Below, in pieces: positions 55,106 to 64,000 of a stretch of 64,000 nucleotides of DNA (position 1 is the stretch's first letter; the number at the start of each line of letters is the position of its first letter). Position numbers and translations under genes: made by a program. The notes beneath the pieces are model-generated. The model was given only the letters and a program-made list of their open reading frames with translations. It searched no databases and was not told the origin of the DNA. The DNA comes from a virus (lineage: Duplodnaviria > Caudoviricetes): IMG/VR virus record IMGVR_UViG_3300028591_000168, positions 1 to 64,000 of that record. One strand, 5' to 3'.

Positions 55106-55840
55106 GTGAAACAACCTATAGCGAGAATTAGGCTTAATCCGGGGCAAGGCGGTTTCTTTGATCCTGTTACTCGTATTCACCTGACTCATGGTGATCCGGT
55201 TAAGGATATTTACGCAGGTATGAATACCGAAGGATTAAAGGCCGCTATTCGCAGCAAAAGAATATCCTTGATATCAGGATCTCTTGGAGCCAGCGTAGCA
55301 CCTTTTAAACTTATAAGACGACAAGACGGCAAAGTTGTAATAGTACCTAACAAAAGCATACCAGAACCTGTACAAGATACCGGAAACAAGAAGATCCAGC
55401 CTAAAAAGCAAAAGTCTGCTGCAGTTCAGTCAGTAACAGCAAAAAAGGCTGATCTTGCTACGACCCCTAACGTTCTTCCACAACAAGAAGAACCTGTTGA
55501 ACAGGAACTGTCTGTTGTACAAGAACCACCTACAGTTCAGAAACCTGTAGTATTGAAAATGTCAGAAACAACTAAAGAACAAGAGACAATAACAGTTCCT
55601 GAACCTGTTATTGTTGAGAAGCCTAAAGTTGATACCCCTGTAGCTGATAGCAAGCCTGTTGATATCACAGTGACTGACAGCATATCTGTTAATGCCTTGC
55701 CGGAAACTTCTGACATAGCAGACAATGTTACTACCGATATCATTGAACAGGAAGAACCTGTAGTTACAGGTAATGACAGCCAAAGTAATAGTCCTTTTAG
55801 GCGCAACAAGAAGAACAAAAAAAGATATAACGATAACTAA
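55106..55840 (+). CDS. hypothetical protein with Pro/Glu/Val/Thr-rich C-terminus (244 aa)
   Basis: AAAGGAGG RBS, GTG. Confidence 0.75.
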   Translation: MKQPIARIRLNPGQGGFFDPVTRIHLTHGDPVKDIYAGMNTEGLKAAIRSKRISLISGSLGASVAPFKLIRRQDGKVVIVPNKSIPEPVQDTGNKKIQPKKQKSAAVQSVTAKKADLATTPNVLPQQEEPVEQELSVVQEPPTVQKPVVLKMSETTKEQETITVPEPVIVEKPKVDTPVADSKPVDITVTDSISVNALPETSDIADNVTTDIIEQEEPVVTGNDSQSNSPFRRNKKNKKRYNDN

Positions 55841-55860
55841 GAGTAAGGCGGTGACCTTCT

Positions 55861-56691
55861 GTGGCTTATATCAAGTTTTGTATTATCGCCGTAGAAACCA
55901 GCCTTAAAGATCAAAGTATTTACGTTACCTTTAATAAAGAAATAGATACTGACACGATATCGTTACAAAATGTAATCTTAGCTGTTAACGACACGGTAAC
56001 GGCGCCTGTAGCTAACTTTCAGATTGTTGTAAACGATGATCTTAAAACAGTTAAGCTTCTTTTAACAGATACGCCTGTTGTTAATCTGCCTTACATACTT
56101 GTTATAAGAGACACAGTTAAAGATCTTGAGGGCAATAATCTTGACAAAAGCTTGTTTAGAAACGTTACCTTTAAAAGTAACGTTACAAGTGATATCACGG
56201 TTAACAATCCTGCCAACTTTGAGATTATAACCGATCAAACATTTTCCTGGGAAGAGACAGGAGATAACCCTGTTAACAGCTATAGATTACAAGTAAGTTC
56301 CGATACCGGATTTCATAACGTACAAGTAGATACTCTTATAAAAGATAAGCAGTCGATTACTCTCGGTGCTATGCTAAAACCGGGACAATACTTTTTTAGA
56401 ATACGTGCTGAACAAGGTGAAGAATTTGGCTTGTGGAGTCAAACAAGGACTTTTCTTGTACAGCAAGCTGATGAGTATGAAGAGGAAGGTATCAACGATG
56501 AACAACAAGAGTTGAACAATAACGAAGAAACTGTTGTTGAAGATCTTGTTGGCGATATCAAAGACGATCGTATTGTTGTAGAAGAAAGACCTGTTAACGG
56601 TGTAACACCGTCGACGTCTTTTATGTTTTTACTATCAGAAGACATTAGCGATGAAGGCATAACTGTATCAGTTATAAGGAGTGATTTCTAG
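55861..56691 (+). CDS. Ig-like/FN3-like structural protein (276 aa)
   Basis: VTFNKEID, YILVI..VKDLEGN, YRLQVS, YFFRIRA...GLWS. Confidence 0.6.
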   Translation: MAYIKFCIIAVETSLKDQSIYVTFNKEIDTDTISLQNVILAVNDTVTAPVANFQIVVNDDLKTVKLLLTDTPVVNLPYILVIRDTVKDLEGNNLDKSLFRNVTFKSNVTSDITVNNPANFEIITDQTFSWEETGDNPVNSYRLQVSSDTGFHNVQVDTLIKDKQSITLGAMLKPGQYFFRIRAEQGEEFGLWSQTRTFLVQQADEYEEEGINDEQQELNNNEETVVEDLVGDIKDDRIVVEERPVNGVTPSTSFMFLLSEDISDEGITVSVIRSDF

Positions 56692-57344
56692 TGGAAAGAG
56701 TTAACGCTACTTTCAGTGTTGACGGCAATATCTTAGAGATCATTCCTGACGAGATCAAGGACAGTTCCAAGTATCTTATCAAGATATCAGGAGTTAAGAG
56801 TGTCGATGGTACAAAAACTTTATCTGTGCAAACTTTTACAGTTATAACAGCAGTCACACCCTATTACTGTACTCTTGAAAGTCTTAAAGCCGTTACAGAA
56901 GGCTTTGGTGTGTCAGACGAACAGATGCTGCACTATATCAGAGCAGCAGGAGAATTTGCTGACTTCATAGCGTCGTCCAGCAAAGTAACAGGCGCTACCT
57001 TGTTATTTTCTAAAGGTGAACTGACGAAGGTTAAAGCTACTCTTGACTGCCTTACTGCAAGTTTTGTAGGAGGCACCTTTGCAAGTACAGGAAAGCGCTG
57101 GAAGCTTGGTGAAGACGAACTTGAAGAAGCAGACAAAGCTTCTGCCTTTAAAAACTTGCTTGACTGGTTAAGATGGCTGCTTCTTTACTGGATTGACGCT
57201 GTCAGAGGCTATATCAACCCCGGCAGAACACCGCCTAAGGCTACGCGTGCAGGTATTAACGCCGCAGATAACAGTGACGTTCAGCATATAACTGTTGACT
57301 CACTTATAGGTGACTTTACCCGTAACTTACCGCAATGGTCATAA
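56691..57344 (+). CDS. putative head-tail adaptor (217 aa)
   Basis: Synteny; YYCTLESLK N-terminal adaptor-like motif. Confidence 0.5.
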   Translation: MERVNATFSVDGNILEIIPDEIKDSSKYLIKISGVKSVDGTKTLSVQTFTVITAVTPYYCTLESLKAVTEGFGVSDEQMLHYIRAAGEFADFIASSSKVTGATLLFSKGELTKVKATLDCLTASFVGGTFASTGKRWKLGEDELEEADKASAFKNLLDWLRWLLLYWIDAVRGYINPGRTPPKATRAGINAADNSDVQHITVDSLIGDFTRNLPQWS

Positions 57345-57363
57345 CAGAAGGCGGTGATATCAA

Positions 57364-57828
57364 GTGCAGCCTATGGATCTTAAAATCCAGAGTGTTATCA
57401 AGATGTTCCATTATCCAATGTGGTTTATTCGTCTTAACAAAAAGATATCGTGCCCTTGTGTTAATCATACTACAAAACAAGCAAAACCAGGGTGTTCCAT
57501 ATGCTTGGGTACCGGTTATAAGATACGAGTTATTAGGGCTAACGGTGCAAGACAGTCTACAGAGACTATAGCAATGCGCGGTGAAGGCATAGGATTTTCT
57601 GAAAAAACTGGTGCAGATCGATTCTTTACGCTTGACAATCTTGAGCTTAAAGAAGGAGATATCATAGTAGACGAAGACAGAGTAAGTATAGTGCAGTATT
57701 ACCTTCCGGGTCGTACTAACGCAAGCCACCCTGTCTATTATCGTGCTATAGCGTCACCTATGAAGATGAACCTTGTCGCATTTAAAACTGCGTTTGCTGA
57801 TCTGTTGAGGAGAAAAGGTTATGGCTAA
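57364..57828 (+). CDS. putative head-closure protein with Cys zinc finger (154 aa)
   Basis: CPC...CSICLGTGY; synteny. Confidence 0.55.
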   Translation: MQPMDLKIQSVIKMFHYPMWFIRLNKKISCPCVNHTTKQAKPGCSICLGTGYKIRVIRANGARQSTETIAMRGEGIGFSEKTGADRFFTLDNLELKEGDIIVDEDRVSIVQYYLPGRTNASHPVYYRAIASPMKMNLVAFKTAFADLLRRKGYG

Positions 57829-58831
57829 CGTTAACGTTAACAAGCACAGCAATATGTTGATCATAGGCAAGGGTGCTACTAATAAAGGTAGAAAACAAGT
57901 TGTTTACGCCGAGAAATACAGCAATGTTTTGAATACTTTTGGTGATTCTGAACTTACCAGAGCATTCTTGTTGGCAAAACAGATGGGCGCACCTTACGTC
58001 TTCCTGATGAACTGCAAACAACACTATGACTACCTTGATATCGTTACTTCTCTCAGATCAAGTGATTTTTCTTACATTGTTCCTACGTCGATCATTATAT
58101 CAGATGAGTTTGATGATCCCGCTACAGAAAGACGAATATCTTACGTTGAATATTTGTTAGAAAAGATAGGCAATGTTAATGATTCTGTCTTTATTGTAAC
58201 AGATCAGCATGCGTCACTTTATGAAGATGTTGACGCCTTTATCGAAGATATGAACAACAAGGCTGAAATCTTTAGAGTCAAGAGAAGATCACCTGCTGTA
58301 AGAGAAAATATCATTTTTGTAGCTAACAACCTTGTAAAACATCGTTTAGCTAACGTAGCTCTTGCAGCAGCATTGTGCAGTACCCCTGTTAATCGTTATC
58401 CTGAAGCTGATTTTGGCGAGGTTCACTTTTTGTTGGATCAATGGGAAGACATCGGTAACTGGGCTTACTTTCAAAGCCATACGTTAAAGAATACAAGTGT
58501 AGAAAATCTCCTTAACTTCGAACTCGCTGGTAATCCGCTCAAGATAGTTTTTATCTCTAGGATAATCAAAATGATTAAACGCGAGCTTGACTTCTCTGAG
58601 TTTATAGGCAAACGTTACTCTGAGTATCAACGGTTAAGCGTAAGAAATAAGCTTGAGAGATATCTTGACAGCCTAATGCAAAGTGTACTTTACGAATATG
58701 AAATCTTGGCGACGAAACCTTATAAGCACAAGGACGAACCATTATCAATAGATATTACTAACGTTTTTGATATCTGGCCTGCTAACTGCTTGGAAAAGGT
58801 TACGATATCAAACAAAATAGAGGTATCTTAA
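57821..58831 (+). CDS. tail sheath-like paralogue (336 aa)
   Basis: LIIGKG...VLNTFGDSELTRAF resembles a sheath N-terminus; IIKMIKREL...FIGK resembles a sheath C-terminus. Confidence 0.45.
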   Translation: MANVNVNKHSNMLIIGKGATNKGRKQVVYAEKYSNVLNTFGDSELTRAFLLAKQMGAPYVFLMNCKQHYDYLDIVTSLRSSDFSYIVPTSIIISDEFDDPATERRISYVEYLLEKIGNVNDSVFIVTDQHASLYEDVDAFIEDMNNKAEIFRVKRRSPAVRENIIFVANNLVKHRLANVALAAALCSTPVNRYPEADFGEVHFLLDQWEDIGNWAYFQSHTLKNTSVENLLNFELAGNPLKIVFISRIIKMIKRELDFSEFIGKRYSEYQRLSVRNKLERYLDSLMQSVLYEYEILATKPYKHKDEPLSIDITNVFDIWPANCLEKVTISNKIEVS

Positions 58832-58833
58832 AA

Positions 58834-59508
58834 ATGGCTAACATTAACTATAACAATCAACCGTTTTCTGTTGATACTTTTGAGACGTTATTGCAACAAA
58901 GAGAGGAACACTCAAAGATTCCTCTTAAAGTAACTGATATCAAACCGCAAGAACGACCAAGACTGCAAGCAACTAAAAACGCTACGCTACATGATCTTAT
59001 AGAAATGATATCAAAGATTATTACAAAAGCTACAAGAGAACGTAATATTATTTTTGAACCTGACGAAGGTGTAAGACCCAAAGTCGATCAAAGCATACCT
59101 TTTAACGAAGCACGTGTTTACTACGAAGTGATATCACGAAGACCATGTCTTGAAATAAAACCAAGAGAAAGAGAAGAAGTTTATGAAGTCGATTCTTTTG
59201 GGAAAACAAGATCAGGAAGAGTATGGGGACAACGTTTTGAGTGCGTTATCCAGCTTCACATCTTCGCGGGTGACTACGAAACAGCGAACAAGACAATGGA
59301 TCTTGTAGAAGATATCATGTTTAACTACGCGTCATACTTTAAGAAGAACGGTGTGGCAGAGATTATCTTTATGGATCAGATTACAGATCATAACTACGAT
59401 ATCTATCGACAAGGATTGTCCATAAGAACGTTACGATATCGGGTATGGATAGAAAAGCTCTACACCGTTTTTGACGCAGCAGAAATAGACGGTATTATTA
59501 CTCTTTGA
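58834..59508 (+). CDS. putative tail completion/terminator protein (224 aa)
   Basis: Synteny immediately before the sheath gene. Confidence 0.45.
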   Translation: MANINYNNQPFSVDTFETLLQQREEHSKIPLKVTDIKPQERPRLQATKNATLHDLIEMISKIITKATRERNIIFEPDEGVRPKVDQSIPFNEARVYYEVISRRPCLEIKPREREEVYEVDSFGKTRSGRVWGQRFECVIQLHIFAGDYETANKTMDLVEDIMFNYASYFKKNGVAEIIFMDQITDHNYDIYRQGLSIRTLRYRVWIEKLYTVFDAAEIDGIITL

Positions 59509-59535
59509 AAATTTTTATAAAAGGAGGAGTAGGCT

Positions 59536-62500
59536 TTGAGTATCTTTGAAAACGAATACGATCTTCCGGGCGTATATATGTACGTGTTGCCTGACTACTC
59601 GTATGGTTATGATACTTCCCTCTTTGGGTCTACGGATCCTGTTTTGATTATTGGTACTGCGTTTAACGGCCCTAATAATGGGCAACCTATCGAAATTTAC
59701 TCTAAAGAACATGCAAGCTATGTTTACGGTAAGGTTTACGATAACGTTAAACAGGTAGAAAGTAATCTGGTAGCAGGTATCCATGACGCTTGGGATCGCG
59801 GATGTCGTACTATTTACGCTTGCCGTGTAGGCGGTATTGACATGTACAAAGATTTTAAGTTTAACATTGATGTACCTTATCGCTTACGAGTTATGTCCAT
59901 GTTCCCCAGTAACGTAGAAAAAGAATGTTTTATGCGTTACGAAAACAAAGAGGGGCAAGAAAAAGTTATTATCTACAAACCTGCAGAACGTGCTACTGTT
60001 CTGCAACGTCGCCAAGGTATTGTCGAAGGTGACAATACAATGATTAAAACTACGATCGAAATTAACGGTGACTATGGTCTTACAAAAGATACCCCCTTAA
60101 TGGACTTCATTAATCTTATTAACGGACATGTTGACAATAACGTTATCAAACTTGGTATTGTTGATCTTAACGGCAAAGACGTAACGAACGATCTTAAAGT
60201 TCGTAGTATTGCTGTCGGCGCTCTTTTCCAAGGTATTTACTTCATTGGCAGAGAGCAGTCCCTTTGTCAAGAAGAAACCGAACTTAAGTTTAATATTATA
60301 GATTCTTACAAGGATTACGACAAAAACGGCAAACTTACTACCGTCGAAGGTAAGAAACCGTTTACGAGATATCAGGGGAATTACTATCGTACTCTCGAGA
60401 TCAATACTGACGTTAGGACCCCGTATCCTATTTACGCTACACCCGGCACCATGCAAAAGATCATGAAGGACGTTGGCATTACTGTTAACGTTAAAATAGG
60501 TCGTGAATGGGATTGGCTTGAAGTATATCGTTCTACCTTTAAGGCTTTTGAACCTGACAATAAAGATTACGAAGAAGTAGAACTTGGCGGCTTTGAACTC
60601 TACCAGCGTCTTGGTATGGGTTTTGCAAAAACCGCACAAGCACTCATTCGTAAAAACAGCAAGGGCGAAATCGTTATTCCGCCTCGTATTAGAGAAACAC
60701 CGCCTGACAACGCCAATAACATTGTTCAGCTTGTCGATGGTTATTACTCTATTTTACAGGATGTTCCTATCAAGTATCGTGTTTTGACCTGCACAACTGC
60801 AGAAGCGTCAACCAAGGGTAAGTTGCCCAAAGCTCAACAGTTTATCAGAACCGCACCTATTTCGCTTGAAGCCCTGCAAAGTATGATTACGATCACACCT
60901 AAGGTTAACGAAGAAGATCGTACAATCGCTCGCAGCTACAAGCTTAGGTTCAGAAATCTGCCCGAAACAAGTACTGCTAACATTAACGAAGTATATCGCT
61001 CTGAAGTTTACGACGTTATGTCTATCGTTGACGAAAGTACTCTTAAGGCTATGAAACCCGGTGACGTTCCTGCTGATACCTACTTCTTAAAGAGAGTTAA
61101 GAAGGAAGGTAAAGGTGAAAATGATATCGATGTCAGCGATTACACATACACCTTAGTAAGGGTCGGTACGACAATCGAAGAAATTGTGTCAGGTGGCATT
61201 CTTGCTCATAAAAAAATTATTGGTGTTACTCCTGCTCTTGATCTTACAAGAAATGCCGATAACATTACTTTTAAAGATCAGGGTAACCAGTATTACTTCT
61301 TTGCTGCGCAAGGTATTCCTGAAACAGAGACCACTATATTCTCTGATCCCAAGTACAGTCTTGGTGACAAGGAAATTGGCGAGACTACTATTATCAAGTA
61401 TACGTTTGTACCTCAGGTAGGTGCAGATCTGCTTGGTGATCCTGACGCTGAAGTTCCGCAATATCCGTTTAGAGTAGTTTACTACAACGACGACGGCGAA
61501 AAAGTTGAAAAGAATGCCAAGTTTATCTTGGGTTCTCAGCTTGATAACGTCTTTGTTTATCAGATAGGCGCAGAACAGACAGAGTATAACGAAGGTACAG
61601 CCAATCCGACAATTGATATGCCGTCTGCTACAAATCAACTGCAGCCTGTAGGTGACTACAACGGTATGATGTCTGACGATCAAAACGTTCCTGTCGTTTA
61701 CGCAGAAGATATGTTCTATCAGATTAATGACATTATTGTCAACAGTTCTACCTTTGTTGATATCACTCTTGATGAATTCGTTGAAACCCTTAATGAACAC
61801 GAAATCTTCAGCAAAATCTTTGAGATTTCGCTGACTAATCGTGGTGAAAGCTACAAGGACGAGCGCCTTATCGCGTCAATCTACTTCTGGCAACGCAGTG
61901 GTGAAGAAGGTACTTACCTTTACGATGAACAAGCTTTTGTTGACGCCCTTGAGGGGTTGCAAGATCCGGTTAACGCCTTTACTCTTGACAACAATCCTGT
62001 TGAGTGGACACAAGATCGTTCTATTGACTATGATTATAATGCTTACATTCCTTACACTACTACTGATAACTTTGCCAGACAGCTTGCACAGCATTGTACT
62101 TACACCGAACTTAAGACAGGTTCTACCTGGGGCTTTATCGGTACAGGTCGTGTAGGTGCCGTTGACGTACAAAGCGTAGGACGTTCCGTTAACGAGATTC
62201 TTGCAAAAGACTTTTCTCTTTACGCTAAGAATGCAAGAGGCCGTAATATGATGGATAAAGAAAATATGCCTTATCCTATCGGACGCAATCTTTCTATTAT
62301 CTTTACTCAGTACGAAGAACCTATTGACACCGAAGATTATACCTTTATCTCTAACGGTGCAGCAGGTTACGCAGGTATGGTTTCTACTTTGCCTTTGGAT
62401 CAAAGTTCTACAAACCAACCATTTAACGTTGAGAAGCTTTCATTCTATCTTGCACGGCACCAGCTTGCTGCCCTTAACGCCAAAGGCGTTGTTGCTCTCA

Positions 62501-62865
62501 AACGCAGCTTTACTCTTGGTACCGTCGTTACAGACGGCACTACCATGGCACCCGTTGAAAGTGTCTTCCGCCGTCTCAGCGCAAGCCGCATAGTCGGTGC
62601 TATCGAAGAACTTATTCGTGCCGTAGCAGAACCTTACATAGGCAAACAAAACCATGACGCTAACCGTAATAGTTTACACACAGCTATTAAAGGACAGCTT
62701 GATAAGCTCGTAGGTACTCTGCTTGAAGATTATCAATTCCAACTTATCGTTGATAGTAGAGCTGAAAGATATAATTACATAGATATAGAGTACGAACTCG
62801 TTCCTATTTACGAAATTCGTCAGATTCGTAACAGAATCTCTGTTAAAGAACGTCTTACTACGTAA
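59536..62865 (+). CDS. contractile tail sheath protein (1109 aa)
   Basis: LPGVY N-terminus, LIIGTAFNGP, YASYVYG-like segment; C-terminal RRLSASRI...EPYIGKQN...IDIEYELVPIYEIRQI. Confidence 0.85.
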   Translation: MSIFENEYDLPGVYMYVLPDYSYGYDTSLFGSTDPVLIIGTAFNGPNNGQPIEIYSKEHASYVYGKVYDNVKQVESNLVAGIHDAWDRGCRTIYACRVGGIDMYKDFKFNIDVPYRLRVMSMFPSNVEKECFMRYENKEGQEKVIIYKPAERATVLQRRQGIVEGDNTMIKTTIEINGDYGLTKDTPLMDFINLINGHVDNNVIKLGIVDLNGKDVTNDLKVRSIAVGALFQGIYFIGREQSLCQEETELKFNIIDSYKDYDKNGKLTTVEGKKPFTRYQGNYYRTLEINTDVRTPYPIYATPGTMQKIMKDVGITVNVKIGREWDWLEVYRSTFKAFEPDNKDYEEVELGGFELYQRLGMGFAKTAQALIRKNSKGEIVIPPRIRETPPDNANNIVQLVDGYYSILQDVPIKYRVLTCTTAEASTKGKLPKAQQFIRTAPISLEALQSMITITPKVNEEDRTIARSYKLRFRNLPETSTANINEVYRSEVYDVMSIVDESTLKAMKPGDVPADTYFLKRVKKEGKGENDIDVSDYTYTLVRVGTTIEEIVSGGILAHKKIIGVTPALDLTRNADNITFKDQGNQYYFFAAQGIPETETTIFSDPKYSLGDKEIGETTIIKYTFVPQVGADLLGDPDAEVPQYPFRVVYYNDDGEKVEKNAKFILGSQLDNVFVYQIGAEQTEYNEGTANPTIDMPSATNQLQPVGDYNGMMSDDQNVPVVYAEDMFYQINDIIVNSSTFVDITLDEFVETLNEHEIFSKIFEISLTNRGESYKDERLIASIYFWQRSGEEGTYLYDEQAFVDALEGLQDPVNAFTLDNNPVEWTQDRSIDYDYNAYIPYTTTDNFARQLAQHCTYTELKTGSTWGFIGTGRVGAVDVQSVGRSVNEILAKDFSLYAKNARGRNMMDKENMPYPIGRNLSIIFTQYEEPIDTEDYTFISNGAAGYAGMVSTLPLDQSSTNQPFNVEKLSFYLARHQLAALNAKGVVALKRSFTLGTVVTDGTTMAPVESVFRRLSASRIVGAIEELIRAVAEPYIGKQNHDANRNSLHTAIKGQLDKLVGTLLEDYQFQLIVDSRAERYNYIDIEYELVPIYEIRQIRNRISVKERLTT

Positions 62866-62948
62866 CGTTACAATAGTGAAGAAGGAGGATAACTTAGCAT
62901 GACATATTTTGCTTGGTTATCCTCCATATCCTTAAAGGAGTGAGAATA

Positions 62949-63703
62949 TTGGCAGGAACAGTTGCAAGTGAGTACACTAAGACTTACACGTCCTTTTCAG
63001 GCTGTGATCGAAACCTGGTATAACTACAACGGAATATACCAAAACTGTGTCACATGATATCTGAACGATCTTTGGTAAGATATCTGGTAAGTGCGGAATT
63101 AAGCGGGAAACTCTCTATGTTTTACCAAATGGACACAAGAGACAACCCGAACCGAAGGCTCAAAGGACTGAGTCAGGGGCAACGCGTAGATCTTGCAATA
63201 ACAGATCCAAGAGTCCGCACCGTGAAAAGATCTGTCAGGCTAAAAGATTGCCTGATATCACGAAGAGGTACGCTGAACTTACAGGTGACTGTAAGAAGAC
63301 AAGGATAAAAAGCCTTGTCGATAACAACGTCGATAGTTTGTACATTTGGCAACGTGGTAATTGGCGAATTACAAGCCATAACGTACCATAGAATTATATG
63401 TGGCATAATAGAGTGATCTATTATGATAAAACAGGGTGAACCTAGAAATCTAGGGTGTCCTTCTGATATCTTAATGATAGCGATATAGTAACTGATATCT
63501 TGCAGAAGGGCTAACAGGGGAAGCACTATGGTGTTATCCTGTGCCAAGCTTTCGTTAGAAAGAAGGTCAATCGACTATCCGTAAGGAGTAGGTGCAAGGT
63601 GAAATTCCTTGTTCCGAAGCGCCCTGCCCTTCTTATGAAGGTGATGATATAGTCAGAAATTCATAATAAAATGAATTTTGGTACAAAGAGAAAAAGCGCC
63701 GGT
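62949..63703 (+). CDS. tail tube protein 5' part, join(62949..63008,63333..63389,63681..63703), continues beyond the window
   Basis: Spliced: MAGTVASEYTKTYTSFSGCD|IVCTFGNVVIGELQAITYH|VQREKAPV; AAGGAG RBS; follows the sheath gene. Confidence 0.8.
63009..63332 (+). mobile_element. group I intron 1 in tail tube gene (324 nt)
   Basis: P AAGCGGGAAA, Q ACCCGAACC, P7 ACGCGUAG/GUACGCUG; ends in G; same subtype as terL intron 2. Confidence 0.85.
63390..63680 (+). mobile_element. group I intron 2 in tail tube gene (291 nt)
   Basis: P1 ACCAU/GUGG; AACAGGGGAA, AUCCUGUGCC, UCGACUAU, GAUAUAGUC; ends in G. Confidence 0.82.
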
Positions 63704-64000
63704 TAACCCATAAAGTATGCCGGCCTAAAATCCTGCTTAAAACGGTGAAGGTTAACACTAACGCCGTGGGTAAGATACAGATTGATCTTTATGAGATTTC
63801 GTGTTATAATCTGTATCAAAGCCTGTAGAGACTTGGCTACACGAAGCCTTAATGGTTTTCCAGATCCCCGTAGGGTTGATCATAAAGGAGAGTTTGAAAA
63901 GTGAATAATGATAATATGACACCAGAGTTCGCATGGTTCTTGGGATATCTTTTTTCTGATGGTTCTGTTAAAGATTCAAGTGGTGATGGTATCTTTAATT
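63704..64000 (+). mobile_element. group I intron 3 in tail tube gene (truncated by window end)
   Basis: P1 GCCGGU/GCCGGC; AAACGGUGAA, ACGCCGUGG, GUAGAGACU. Confidence 0.8.
63901..64000 (+). CDS. intron-encoded LAGLIDADG homing endonuclease (partial)
   Basis: AAAGGAG RBS, GTG; FAWFLGYLFSDGSV. Confidence 0.75.
   Translation, partial: MNNDNMTPEFAWFLGYLFSDGSVKDSSGDGIFN

Noticed and set aside
62899-62943. 14-aa ORF MTYFAWLSSISLKE before the tail tube gene
   Set aside because: It has an RBS but is too short and has no other support; it may only couple translation
1-64000. tRNA or rRNA genes
   Set aside because: No cloverleaf with T-loop GTTCRA and D-loop signatures, and no rRNA-like segment, was recognised by eye; tRNAscan-SE would be decisive

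Overview
This 64-kb window looks like part of a large (jumbo-like) myovirus genome with Bacillota-type signals (AAGGAGG RBS, TTGACA-17-TATAAT promoters). It has two divergent arms that meet at about 28.9-29.0 kb. The left arm (- strand, 1-28.9 kb) is an accessory or early region. It encodes a DUF1848-like/DarG-like macrodomain fusion, a probable YonO/cellular-RdRP-family RNA polymerase apparently split over two genes, four tandem HExxH peptidase paralogues, five paralogues of a predicted ADP-ribosyltransferase-like domain, and six small peptides missed or mis-started by the ORF track. It also carries a dense RNA layer: eight twister ribozymes, a seven-copy covarying H-type pseudoknot after stop codons, two classes of putative phage promoter, and consensus sigmaA promoters firing antisense across the peptide genes. 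The right arm (+ strand) is the morphogenesis module: small Gly/Ala-tailed proteins, a 2212-aa RecJ fusion, TerL split by two group I introns, portal, prohead protease, a head protein split by an RT-encoding group II intron, major capsid protein, neck proteins, tail sheath, and a tail tube gene with three group I introns in its first ~47 codons. The palindrome GATATC is about 8-10-fold over-represented across the window. All calls are by-eye motif recognition; no database searches or folding programs were run.
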